From Chloroflexota bacterium (lineage in GTDB: Bacteria; Chloroflexota; Anaerolineae; Promineifilales; Promineifilaceae), in the NCBI GenBank assembly GCA_020631655.1, contig JAHDGV010000004.1, positions 1 through 47,560 of the forward strand: DNA of 47,560 bases. Reading direction: 5' to 3'. Numbering within the stretch: position 1 is the first letter of the stretch; every line of letters starts with the position of its first letter. The position numbers and the translations under genes are program-made. Positions 27,001 to 35,903 of this stretch are shown here, one piece after another. The notes under the pieces are model-generated. The model saw nothing but the letters and a program-made list of their open reading frames with translations. It searched no databases and was not told where the DNA came from.

Positions 27001-28035
27001 TTAAGAATCACCTACTAAGGCTCGAATCACCTCAGATACCCCTGATAAATTCCGATCAAACTCGGTGTTGATATGGTCAGTCAGCTCAACATCCATCGCG
27101 GCGATGTTTTTCAGCGCCAGATAGTCGGGAGCGCTGCCTGTGATGGGGTAGCTAAAGGTTGTTCCCCCTTTTGCTGGGGGTAAATACCCAGAGCCGACTT
27201 CATATGCAAACAACAGTTGATCGGTCCAATCGGCCCGAATCCCTTGGCACTGTCCGGGATAGATGGCAGATGCCGCACTGTGATAAAAAATCACGGCCTC
27301 AGGATCCTGCTGTTCGATAAAAAAGCGTAGCGCTTGTGTTTCAATCTCTGATTCAGCAAATGCCCCGGCCGACACTTCTTGGCGTCGCCAAAATCCAACA
27401 GGCTCCCAATCACAATCCCAGTTTCGGTTTAAATCAACCTCGTTGGCATTAAACCGGCCGGAGTCGGTGTTGTACGGAACATCATCAGTGCTAAATCGGC
27501 CCGCACTACCGGTAATAAGCTTTAGCCCATCTGGATTCGCGACCGGAATAATCGAGAGGCGCATATTTTCAGGGACCGCGTCTGGGTTAGCCGTGTACCA
27601 ATCGATCATCTCATACATCAGCAAAACCGTATTCCACTCGTACCCACCATGAATCCCACCAATCAACATCAGATGGGTTTCACCCCATCCAAACTGGTGC
27701 ACATTGATTGGCTCACCTTGGGTTGAAAAGGCGGTTGCATACACAATCGTAAACGGCCGAGGAGTTGGTGTGTCGGTCACCGCAATGGTTGGCGTGGGGG
27801 ATGGCAACGGAGCCACAGTTGCTTCGAGCGTAACCGCCACAGTCGGCGTGGGGAACGGTGTGTTTGTGGGGATGCGTGTTGGCAAGGGGGCAGGTGTTGC
27901 CGTGGCAGGTGCTTCTACCGTTGGGATGTCATCGACAGTGACTAAGGCGGCAAGATCGACCTCCTCTGGGGCGGCGCAGGCTACAAACATCACTAAAAGG
28001 ATGATGAAATAAAGACTGAATTTGAGCTGTTTCAT
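27001..28035 (-). CDS. Secreted M14-family zinc carboxypeptidase (lipoprotein-type signal, PT-rich linker)
   Basis: 344 aa. MKQLKFSLYFIILLVMFVACAAP is a signal peptide with a lipobox. A PT-rich spacer follows. M14-like blocks are GGIHGGYEWNT, VDLNRNWD and IFYHSAAS. Confidence 0.7.
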   Translation of the reverse strand: MKQLKFSLYFIILLVMFVACAAPEEVDLAALVTVDDIPTVEAPATATPAPLPTRIPTNTPFPTPTVAVTLEATVAPLPSPTPTIAVTDTPTPRPFTIVYATAFSTQGEPINVHQFGWGETHLMLIGGIHGGYEWNTVLLMYEMIDWYTANPDAVPENMRLSIIPVANPDGLKLITGSAGRFSTDDVPYNTDSGRFNANEVDLNRNWDCDWEPVGFWRRQEVSAGAFAESEIETQALRFFIEQQDPEAVIFYHSAASAIYPGQCQGIRADWTDQLLFAYEVGSGYLPPAKGGTTFSYPITGSAPDYLALKNIAAMDVELTDHINTEFDRNLSGVSEVIRALVGDS

Positions 28036-28038
28036 TGG

Positions 28039-28064
28039 CTGTAGTTTGCCCTCTCAAACTACAG
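28039..28064 (-). promoter_or_regulatory. Perfect 10-bp hairpin with an SD-like loop immediately upstream of the M14 start codon
   Basis: The minus strand reads CTGTAGTTTG-AGAGGG-CAAACTACAG-CCA-ATG. The loop carries the only purine-rich SD-like sequence in this junction. Confidence 0.5.
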
Positions 28065-28086
28065 ATTGCAATAAACGTTTAGAAAC

Positions 28087-29217
28087 TCAAATAGGCAGTT
28101 GGATCGTGAACCGGCTTCCCCGCCTCAATCCCTCACTCTCGGCCGAAATTGTGCCACCGTGCGCTTCGATAACGGCTCGAGCAATTGCTAACCCTAAGCC
28201 ACTCCCACTCTCATCCGAATGGCGTTGCCGAGATGCATCTGCTCGGTAAAAACGGTCAAATACATGGGGCAGATGGTGTGGCTCTATCCCTTCGCCCGTA
28301 TCGCTCACTCGAATTTCGAGCCAATCCGGGATCTGTTCGGCTTGAACCGTAATCGTCCCTTTTTCGGGCGTATGGCGCATGGCGTTGCTGATTAGGTTGT
28401 TAACCGCCTGAGTCAGCCGTGTACGATCGGCCGAAATTGTTGGCAATTTGCCCAACAGCTCCGGCCGGAGCTCAATCTCTTTTTCATCTGCCAGCGGCCG
28501 GAATGCTGAGGCACAGGCCTGCACCATTTCAGCAACATTCACATCCTCAAAGTCTAGAGAAAGTTGATCTGCCTCTGCATTGGCCAGTTCATGCAGATCA
28601 TCCACCAGCCGGGTCAAATGTTGAGTCTGATCAAATAACCCGGCAACTTCTTCCTCGTTCATCGGGTAAACACCGTCGAGCATCGCCCGTAAATTGCCCT
28701 GAACCACGGTGAGCGGGGTACGCAGTTCGTGTGCCACATCGGCCAGCAGGTTTTTCCGCACCGCTTCTGAGTGCCTCAGCCGTTGGGTCATGTTGTTAAA
28801 TGCTTTGGCGACCGCCTCAATCTCTTGCCCCCCTTTTGAGTCATCGATATGCACATCAAGCTGACGTAGATTTAGGCTTTGCGCACCGGCCTCCAGATCG
28901 CTCAGCGGCCGGACCAAACGTCGACTCACCCAAATTCCAGCGATTACCCCCACAACGGCCGTAAAAATCGCCGAGCGAAAAATTCCGCCCGGGATATCTC
29001 GACGCATTGCGTCTTCTAACTCATTAAAAACCGCTTGTTGCTGTTCCTCAGTTAGATCAGTCTCTGAAAATATTTCAGACAAGTCATTTTCTTCAAACTG
29101 CCTGTCAACCACATCAAAGGCATTTAAAGTAATGAAGATACCAAATGGGACCAACACAAAAAGGATTTGCACAACGGCAAATGTCAGCGCGATGCGTATC
29201 CAGAGTCGGTTAAACAT
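28087..29217 (-). CDS. Sensor histidine kinase (2 TM, HAMP, HisKA, HATPase_c)
   Basis: 376 aa. The H-box is ADVAHELRTPLTVV. The G-boxes are DTGEGI and GSGLGLAIARAVIEAHGG. An acidic loop of ~50 aa lies between the two TM segments. Confidence 0.85.
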   Translation of the reverse strand: MFNRLWIRIALTFAVVQILFVLVPFGIFITLNAFDVVDRQFEENDLSEIFSETDLTEEQQQAVFNELEDAMRRDIPGGIFRSAIFTAVVGVIAGIWVSRRLVRPLSDLEAGAQSLNLRQLDVHIDDSKGGQEIEAVAKAFNNMTQRLRHSEAVRKNLLADVAHELRTPLTVVQGNLRAMLDGVYPMNEEEVAGLFDQTQHLTRLVDDLHELANAEADQLSLDFEDVNVAEMVQACASAFRPLADEKEIELRPELLGKLPTISADRTRLTQAVNNLISNAMRHTPEKGTITVQAEQIPDWLEIRVSDTGEGIEPHHLPHVFDRFYRADASRQRHSDESGSGLGLAIARAVIEAHGGTISAESEGLRRGSRFTIQLPI

Positions 29218-29219
29218 AT

Positions 29220-29915
29220 TTATTTCTCAAAGCGATAGCCGATCCCATACACGGTTGAGATGTGAGTCGGATTTTTAGGATCAGGCTCAATTTTTTTGCG
29301 GATATTTTTGATATGGCTGTCAAGCGTCCGCCCCATACCAGCATAGCTGTATCCCAGACCTTTCTCGATCAATTCGTCACGGGTAAATGCATAGCCAGGG
29401 CTATCCATGAGCAAGTAGAGCAGGTCAAATTCGGTGGGAGTGACATCAACCAACTCGCCTTCTACAAACAGTTGGTGAGCCCCTTTATCCAGCCGCAACC
29501 GGCCGATTTCGAGAATTTGTGACTCCGTTCCCCCTTCTTTATCGAGAGCAATGCGGCGCAGTTGAGCACGAACCCGTGCTACGAGTTCGCGAGGGTTAAA
29601 CGGCTTGGTCACATAATCATCAGCTCCTAGTTCAAGACCGATAATCTTGTCCGCATCGTCTACCCGAGCAGTCAGCATGATGATGGGAGTGGCGCGCAAA
29701 CTATCGTCTGCGCGTACAAAATTGGTGATTTGTAGCCCATCTTTATCGGGCAACATCAGATCCAGCACAACCAAATCCGGCCGTTCACTGCGGATCATCT
29801 GCTGAGCCAACAGCCCATTCCCGGCCGTCAACACCGTATACCCTTCTTGTTCTAGGTAACTGCGCACTAGCCGCACAATATTTGGATCGTCATCCACTAC
29901 CAGAATTCGGGACAT
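29220..29915 (-). CDS. OmpR/PhoB-family response regulator
   Basis: 231 aa. The receiver is ILVVDDDPNI...DLVVLDLMLPDKDG...MLTA. The C-terminal winged helix ends in VYGIGYRF. Confidence 0.9.
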   Translation of the reverse strand: MSRILVVDDDPNIVRLVRSYLEQEGYTVLTAGNGLLAQQMIRSERPDLVVLDLMLPDKDGLQITNFVRADDSLRATPIIMLTARVDDADKIIGLELGADDYVTKPFNPRELVARVRAQLRRIALDKEGGTESQILEIGRLRLDKGAHQLFVEGELVDVTPTEFDLLYLLMDSPGYAFTRDELIEKGLGYSYAGMGRTLDSHIKNIRKKIEPDPKNPTHISTVYGIGYRFEK

Positions 29916-29924
29916 AATTTACAA

Positions 29925-29945
29925 AGACGCGCCAGCGGCGCGTCT
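29925..29945. repeat. GC-rich perfect hairpin in the permease/response-regulator junction
   Basis: AGACGCGCC-AGC-GGCGCGTCT, a 9-bp stem. On the minus strand it is preceded by GTAG, echoing the GTAGGGG-type elements. Confidence 0.7.
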
Positions 29946-30006
29946 CTACTAAACCATCATCGGCCAATCAAAGGTTGGCTATGAAGCAAAGCGTCAAGCG
30001 TTAGCA

Positions 30007-31227
30007 TCACTCGTAACGTAGCGCCTCAATCGGCCGCAAGCTGGCCGCACGCCACGCTGGGAAGATGCCAAACACAATCCCGATTGTAATCGAGATACCG
30101 GTTGCTAAACCGATTGACTGTGGCGAAACAAAAGTGGGAATATCACCAAATTGTTCAGCCAAATACGAGATCAGATAGCCTAACCCAATCCCGATACCGC
30201 CGCCAACCAAAGACAACACAATCGATTCGAGCAAGAACTGAGTCAAAATATCTCGCTTGAGCGCGCCAATCGCTTTGCGAATACCGATCTCACGCGTTCG
30301 TTCAGTCACGCTAACCAACATGATGTTCATGATGCCAATACCGCCCACAACCAGCGAGATACCGGCAATAGCGCCTAGGAACACGGTGAGTAATCCCAAT
30401 ACGTTTCCAATCGTATCCAAGATCGAGGCATTTGAAAGAATTCGGAAGTCATCCTCATCGGCAAAAATAATATCGTGCCGCTCACGAAGCACTTCGGTAA
30501 GCTCTTCAGTTGCTGCGTCAATAACTTCGTCGCTTGCGGCAACGGCCGTAATTGTGTCAACCGCCTTTTCACCCCGTCGGGTCCGTTCAACACCCAACCG
30601 CTGTTGGGCCGTGGTAATCGGGATATAAACGGTCTCATCAGGGTTCGAGCCGGGTGCTTGCCCCTGCTCTTCTAAAACTCCAATCACTTCGTAGTTAATA
30701 TCCCCGATTTTGATCTCTTGCCCAACCGGAAACTCTTCACCAAAAAGTTCAGTAGCCACTTCTTGGCCGATCACGGCCACACGGGCGGCCGTATCAATAT
30801 CAGGTTGGTACAACCCATCACCGGCTAAAAATTCGGTCAGGTTATTAACGACCAAATAGTTGGCCGTTACACCCACAATGCTGGTGTTGTATTCACCGTT
30901 GCCCCACGTGACCAATTGCTGCCGATTAATGCTCGCCGCCACTTCAGAGATAGATGGTGCATTAAGCGGGTCAGCCAGCGCATCCACATCACCCAAAGTA
31001 AGAGACGGGTAGCCGCCGGAATTATCGCGATCTGTAAAAATGGTCAGCAGGTTCGAGCCGAGCGCTTCAAAGTCGGCCGTGACCGATTGCTGGACACCGT
31101 TACCAATCGAAACCAAGCCGATCACAGCCCCCACACCGATGATTACGCCCAACATCGTCAGCACAGAGCGCAACGTGTTGGCCCGCAAGCTGTCTAGCGC
31201 AGTTAAAAATGATTCTGTTAGATTCAT
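30007..31227 (-). CDS. MacB/FtsX-type ABC transporter permease
   Basis: 406 aa. It has an N-terminal TM segment, a large extracytoplasmic domain and a C-terminal FtsX-like 3-TM bundle (TERTREIGIRKAIGA). Confidence 0.85.
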   Translation of the reverse strand: MNLTESFLTALDSLRANTLRSVLTMLGVIIGVGAVIGLVSIGNGVQQSVTADFEALGSNLLTIFTDRDNSGGYPSLTLGDVDALADPLNAPSISEVAASINRQQLVTWGNGEYNTSIVGVTANYLVVNNLTEFLAGDGLYQPDIDTAARVAVIGQEVATELFGEEFPVGQEIKIGDINYEVIGVLEEQGQAPGSNPDETVYIPITTAQQRLGVERTRRGEKAVDTITAVAASDEVIDAATEELTEVLRERHDIIFADEDDFRILSNASILDTIGNVLGLLTVFLGAIAGISLVVGGIGIMNIMLVSVTERTREIGIRKAIGALKRDILTQFLLESIVLSLVGGGIGIGLGYLISYLAEQFGDIPTFVSPQSIGLATGISITIGIVFGIFPAWRAASLRPIEALRYE

Positions 31228-31922
31228 GATGCAACCTCTTTCTGATGGTTGATTTGCTCGTCACTCACAATCAAACCGTCTCGCAATGTTACGATTCGGC
31301 GAGCCCGCTCTGCCACCTCACGGTCATGGGTGATCATCACAATGGTAATGCCATCGTCATGCAGCTGATCAAAAATTTCCATCAGCTCTTCACCCGTTTT
31401 CGTGTCTAACGCACCGGTCGGTTCGTCGGCCAAAATGATGTTGGGGTTCACGGCCAAGGCGCGGGCAACCGCCACACGCTGCTGTTGACCACCAGACAGT
31501 TCATCCGGTTTGTGATGGGTACGATCACCAAGCCCAACAATGGTTAAAGACTCTTTGGCTCGTGCGTTCCGCTCTGAACGTGGGACGCCTGCGTACATCA
31601 ACGGCAACGACACCTGCTTGAGCGCAGAGGTACGAGGAAGCAAATTAAATTGCTGGAAAACAAACCCGATCCGCTGGTTGCGAATGCGTGCCTGATCATT
31701 GTCGCTCATATCGCTTACATCAATGCCATCAAGCATGTATGTGCCGGCCGTGGGTACGTCCAAACAGCCGATAATGTTCATGAGTGTCGATTTACCAGAG
31801 CCAGACGGACCCATAATCGCCACATACTCACCTTCGTCAACGTGCATGTTAACACCACGTAGAGCATGAACCACCTGGTTACCCATCTCATAAGACTTCG
31901 TAATATTGGTTAAATCCATCAT
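31224..31922 (-). CDS. MacB/LolD-type ABC transporter ATP-binding protein
   Basis: 232 aa with Walker A GPSGSGKST, signature LSGGQQQRVAVARAL and Walker B ILADEPTGALD. It overlaps the permease start by 4 nt. Confidence 0.9.
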   Translation of the reverse strand: MMDLTNITKSYEMGNQVVHALRGVNMHVDEGEYVAIMGPSGSGKSTLMNIIGCLDVPTAGTYMLDGIDVSDMSDNDQARIRNQRIGFVFQQFNLLPRTSALKQVSLPLMYAGVPRSERNARAKESLTIVGLGDRTHHKPDELSGGQQQRVAVARALAVNPNIILADEPTGALDTKTGEELMEIFDQLHDDGITIVMITHDREVAERARRIVTLRDGLIVSDEQINHQKEVAS

Positions 31923-31925
31923 GGC

Positions 31926-33587
31926 TTAATCGTCATCCCCCGGTCCGCCGATGTTGATTGTTGGTGGCGGAATATATCCAATCGCCACTTCATCCCCATC
32001 GTTCAGGCCGCTTAAAATCTGGGTGTTCGCACTGTCACGTAAACCGATTGTAACTTCAACTTCTTCTAAAATCGGTTCCCCTTCTTCATCCGTCCCAGTT
32101 ACGCGATCTACATAAAATAGACCAGCATTTCTATCTGCGCGGATGGCTCGGTTAGAAACTAAAAGAGCACCTTCTACCTGCGAAGTTAGCAAACGAGCTT
32201 CGGCCGTTAATCCGTTCAGAAGCTCAATGTCTGTCTCTTCAAGCGCAATGTTCACTTTGTAGTTAACCGTGCCAGTAGCGTTTGCCGTGTTAACCGGCGC
32301 AATCGACACGATACCGCCAAGTAATTCAACCCCGCGATAGGCATCAAACGTAATGGTTGCGTCTTGCCCAACTGAAACTAGACCGATATCAATTTCATCC
32401 ACATTTAGTTCAACTTCTAAGCTATTCATATCGATGAGAGACATCACAATACCGGTTCCAATTTCACCAGGCGTTACATTTACTTGGGTAACAATCCCAT
32501 CAAACGGAGCGGTGAGAACCGCTTTGGCCAGATTGTATTGAGCCCGTTCCAAATTGATCTTGGCCGTCTCAAGTGCTACTTCTTGGCGAGTAATGGCAGT
32601 GTTTGATGGGCCATCTTGCAAATTGCTCAGAGTTGCTTGGGCCTGGGCCACATTGGCCTCGGCCGCCGCAATTTGATCAGAAGTTGCTCCAGCAAGCAGT
32701 TTTTGATGGCGAGCCTCGGCCGCATCTAAAGCCGCACGTCGAGCCTGTACATTTGACCCTTGGGCCGCAACAGAGCTGTTGCTGGCGCCCGGTTGCAAAT
32801 TGCTCAATCGCTCTTCAGCCAGTCTTAAGTTGGCCAATGCCTGTTGGGCATTCGCCCGTGCATCAGGATCGTCAGAGGTGGGGTCACAGTCAAACTGGTT
32901 GGTTTCGCTGTTCCATGTACATTGATAGGTTGCACGGTGCGCTTCTTCCGCCAGCTTATAAGCAGCTTCCGCATCAGAAAGCTGTTTCTCTGCCAGCAGT
33001 ATCTCATCCGTAGATCCACCAGCCGCTACCTCGCTATAACGTGATGAGGCTGATCCCAAATCAGCTCGGGCCGCATTTAAGTTTGCCTCAGATGCCGCAA
33101 TGTCTGATTCTGACGGACCGGCCAAAAGATCGTCGAGTGCCGCTTGAGCGCTCGCAAGAGCCGCTTCGGCCGAAGCGATGTCATAGTCGGCCGCAGGCAG
33201 GTTAAGCTTGGCAAGATTTTGTTCTTGAACGGCAACCGCCTGTTCAGCTTCTAAAACAGCTCGTTCCAGCGAGGTAGTGTCGAGAACGACCAAGACATCC
33301 CCAGCCTTAACACTGTCACCAGCTTGAGCATTTACGGCCGCCACTGTGCCGCTTGTTTGCAATGCCAAATCAGCTTCACGCTGAGCAATCAACTGCCCAG
33401 CCGCTGTTGCCCCGGCCGATAAATCGCCCCGGAACACATTGGTAAAGCTCTCAATTTCTGTATCCGCTTGTTGTCCCGGCCGCCCTTGTGCTTGAGCATC
33501 ACCTCCGCCCGAAAACAGGCGGAAGCCAACGAAGCCCAGCACAGCAACCACTAAAACAATAATTGAATTACGTATCCATTTATTCAT
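31926..33587 (-). CDS. HlyD/MacA-type periplasmic adaptor (membrane fusion protein) with a very long Ala-rich coiled coil, paralog 2
   Basis: 553 aa. It has an N-terminal TM anchor, iterated ..DI..AEA.L..A.A.L segments and C-terminal beta-barrel/MP-domain blocks (LTAPFDGIVT, LLVSNRAI, VTIGLRD). Confidence 0.8.
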   Translation of the reverse strand: MNKWIRNSIIVLVVAVLGFVGFRLFSGGGDAQAQGRPGQQADTEIESFTNVFRGDLSAGATAAGQLIAQREADLALQTSGTVAAVNAQAGDSVKAGDVLVVLDTTSLERAVLEAEQAVAVQEQNLAKLNLPAADYDIASAEAALASAQAALDDLLAGPSESDIAASEANLNAARADLGSASSRYSEVAAGGSTDEILLAEKQLSDAEAAYKLAEEAHRATYQCTWNSETNQFDCDPTSDDPDARANAQQALANLRLAEERLSNLQPGASNSSVAAQGSNVQARRAALDAAEARHQKLLAGATSDQIAAAEANVAQAQATLSNLQDGPSNTAITRQEVALETAKINLERAQYNLAKAVLTAPFDGIVTQVNVTPGEIGTGIVMSLIDMNSLEVELNVDEIDIGLVSVGQDATITFDAYRGVELLGGIVSIAPVNTANATGTVNYKVNIALEETDIELLNGLTAEARLLTSQVEGALLVSNRAIRADRNAGLFYVDRVTGTDEEGEPILEEVEVTIGLRDSANTQILSGLNDGDEVAIGYIPPPTINIGGPGDDD

Positions 33588-33601
33588 GATCTTTGCTCTC
33601 C

Positions 33602-35194
33602 CTATTGGCCCGGGTCAGGTGGACCGCCACCTTGCCCTGGAACAATGACCGGTGCGCTGTAATTAACGACCAGTACGTCACCTTCGCTCACCCCATCAAT
33701 AATTTGAGTGTTTCGCGAATCCCGTAAACCAATTACGACCTCAACCCGTTCAGCCGTTTCTACACCCTCAGCGTCAGTTGTCTGCACATCTACAAAAAAG
33801 CGGCCGGAAGAACGATCCGAGGTAATTGCACGATTAGGCACCAGCAAAACCCCATCCCGCCTAGCGGTCAGCAAGTTTGCATTGGCCGTCATCCCGATCA
33901 AAATCGGTACATCGGCTTCAGCCAGTTCTAGGTGAACATCGTAGCTGGTAATACCCGTATTGGTAGAGCCTGCAGAGGGAGCAATTGATTTCACTTCGCT
34001 AGCAATCTCTTCATCCGGCCACGTTTCTAAGGTTACAACCGCCTCTTGTCCCAACGTAATCGACGAAATATCAATCTCGTCCACTTGGAGCACAATTTCA
34101 AGGTTTTTGTTGTCTGCCATTTCCAGCACTATGCCGCTGGCAACTTCACCCGGTGCTACATGGATGGCGGTTACCACCCCGTCGAATGGTGCCGAAACAA
34201 CAGCGCTGTCCAAGTTGTATTGGGCATCTTCAAGCGAAATTTCGGCCGACCGCACATTGGCTTCTGCAATGGCGATGTCCTCAGTTTTGGCGCTATCCAT
34301 CAACCCAGCCAAGCGGGCTTCTGCTGATGCAACGCTGGCTTGAGCTGCCGCTAAATCTGCGGCTGAAGCAGCCTCTTGCAAAGCGATCAGGTCTGCCTCA
34401 CTGGCAGATGCCCGCGCACTTGCGGCCGATACCGCCTGCTGTTGGGCGCCAACCGCGTTGGGATCAGCCCCGGCAAGGACCCGATCATATTTGGCTTGGG
34501 CCGCCAAAAAGTTTACTTTGGCACTTTCGTAGGCATCAGCCAGCCGTTGATTCGCAAAATCGCCAGCATCTTCAACAGCACGTTCTAATGATTCAAATTG
34601 ATTTTGGGCAATCACGAGTTCCGCTTTTGCAGATTCCACACTTGCCTCTGACACCGTATCAAAGGTAGCGTTTAAATTAGCCTGTGCAGAAGAGACTGAA
34701 GCCTGAGCTGAGCGCAGATTTGCTTCTGCAACTGCGATGTCAAACTCATCAGCACCGGTTTCTAGCGCCGCGAGCCGAGCTTGTGCGCTAGCAAGAGCGG
34801 CTTCGGCCGAAGCGAGGTCCGCCTCAGATGCTGGTTCTTGCAAATCAGCTAGCGCAGCCTGTTGATTGATTAAATTTTGCTCTGCACTGCGTACCGCAAA
34901 CTCCAACTCGCGCGTGTCGAATTCAATCAACACATCCCCCGTATTTACACTTTCACCAACGCGTACATTCACGCTTGTTACCAACCCCTGTAGGGTCACG
35001 GCTAATTCAGCCCGTGCCAGCGAATCGATCTGACCGCTAGCAGTTGCGGCCGAAGATACATCGCCAATCGTGGCAATCACAGTCTCTTGCTCAGCCTCTC
35101 CTTCTGGTGGGCCACCACACGCAGCCAGTACCAAAACAGAAAGCAATAAAAGCAGAGAGAACATTTTTTTCCAACCCGTTCGTTTGGACATCAA
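33602..35194 (-). CDS. HlyD/MacA-type periplasmic adaptor lipoprotein with a very long Ala-rich coiled coil, paralog 1
   Basis: 530 aa. The lipobox is LVLAACGG. The architecture and blocks match the downstream paralog (VSAPFDGVVT, LLVPNRAI, VVIGLRD). Confidence 0.8.
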   Translation of the reverse strand: MMSKRTGWKKMFSLLLLLSVLVLAACGGPPEGEAEQETVIATIGDVSSAATASGQIDSLARAELAVTLQGLVTSVNVRVGESVNTGDVLIEFDTRELEFAVRSAEQNLINQQAALADLQEPASEADLASAEAALASAQARLAALETGADEFDIAVAEANLRSAQASVSSAQANLNATFDTVSEASVESAKAELVIAQNQFESLERAVEDAGDFANQRLADAYESAKVNFLAAQAKYDRVLAGADPNAVGAQQQAVSAASARASASEADLIALQEAASAADLAAAQASVASAEARLAGLMDSAKTEDIAIAEANVRSAEISLEDAQYNLDSAVVSAPFDGVVTAIHVAPGEVASGIVLEMADNKNLEIVLQVDEIDISSITLGQEAVVTLETWPDEEIASEVKSIAPSAGSTNTGITSYDVHLELAEADVPILIGMTANANLLTARRDGVLLVPNRAITSDRSSGRFFVDVQTTDAEGVETAERVEVVIGLRDSRNTQIIDGVSEGDVLVVNYSAPVIVPGQGGGPPDPGQ

Positions 35195-35288
35195 AAACCT
35201 CTCAATTTACGTATTTAAAGACCCACTTGGTCTATCCATTGCATTTAAACAGCTTCGTCTTTTATTCGAATGGGGCAAGAGTATCCCC

Positions 35289-35310
35289 AAACTGTGGAGA
35301 AACTGTGGAG
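35289..35310 (-). promoter_or_regulatory. Perfect 11-bp tandem direct repeat, a candidate OmpR-family response-regulator binding site
   Basis: AAACTGTGGAG occurs twice back to back (35289-35299 and 35300-35310). On the minus strand this is CTCCACAGTTT x2. It lies 95-116 nt upstream of the first adaptor gene and downstream of the rbp terminator. Confidence 0.5.
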
Positions 35311-35348
35311 AGGCCTAAAAGATAATATGGTTTTTATGGGAGTTGGCT

Positions 35349-35394
35349 AAAAACAAAAAAAGCGTGGCCCGGAAAAATCCAAGCCACGCTTTTT
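35349..35394 (-). terminator. Rho-independent (potentially bidirectional) terminator after the RNA-binding protein gene
   Basis: Stem AGCGTGGC (35361-35368) pairs with GCCACGCT (35383-35390). An A run on the plus-strand upstream side gives a T run on the minus strand. TTTT follows on the other side. Confidence 0.7.
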
Positions 35395-35451
35395 GACCAA
35401 AGCCAGTTCGATTAGATCAATCTGACATTGGGTTTAGTTTTTATTTAATGA

Positions 35452-35841
35452 CTAGTAACGGTTGCCGCCACCACGGTTTCCACCGCCGTAACCGCCACGG
35501 CCACCGCCGCCGCCGCCACGACCGCCGCCGTAGCCACCGCCGCCGCCACGGCCGCCACCGTAACCACCACGGCCACCGCCGCCGCCGCCACGGTTTTCTT
35601 TTGGACGAGCTTCGTTAACGGTCAAAGAACGACCATCAACTTCTGAATCGTTTAGCGCTTCAATCGCTTTGGTTGCTTCACCGTCGTCAGACATTTCAAC
35701 AAAACCAAAACCGCGTGAGCGATTTGTCTCACGATCCATGATAATTACGGCTGAATCAACTGCTCCGTATTCTGAAAACAACTCAACAAGTTGATCCTCA
35801 TCCCATGCGTATGGTATACCGCCTACAAATAATTTTTTCAT
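35452..35841 (-). CDS. RRM-domain RNA-binding protein with a Gly/Arg-rich (RGG) tail
   Basis: 129 aa. RNP2 is LFVGGI and RNP1 is RGFGFVEM. The C-terminal ~45 aa are (GGGRGGY)n. Confidence 0.9.
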   Translation of the reverse strand: MKKLFVGGIPYAWDEDQLVELFSEYGAVDSAVIIMDRETNRSRGFGFVEMSDDGEATKAIEALNDSEVDGRSLTVNEARPKENRGGGGGGRGGYGGGRGGGGGYGGGRGGGGGGRGGYGGGNRGGGNRY

Positions 35842-35903
35842 TCTGATTAATCTCCTGATGGATGCATTCTAACTGCATCACCTATCTCTACTTACTAACT
35901 AAA

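Noticed and set aside
34153-34668. 171-aa plus-strand ORF, plus neighbours at 33960-34343 and 34046-34327
   Set aside because: They are antisense to the Ala-rich coiled-coil region of adaptor 1. GCN-rich coding sequence generates long open antisense frames.
35455-35600. GC-rich GGN/CCN repetitive tract
   Set aside because: It is not a non-coding microsatellite. It is the in-frame RGG/Gly-rich tail of the RRM protein.
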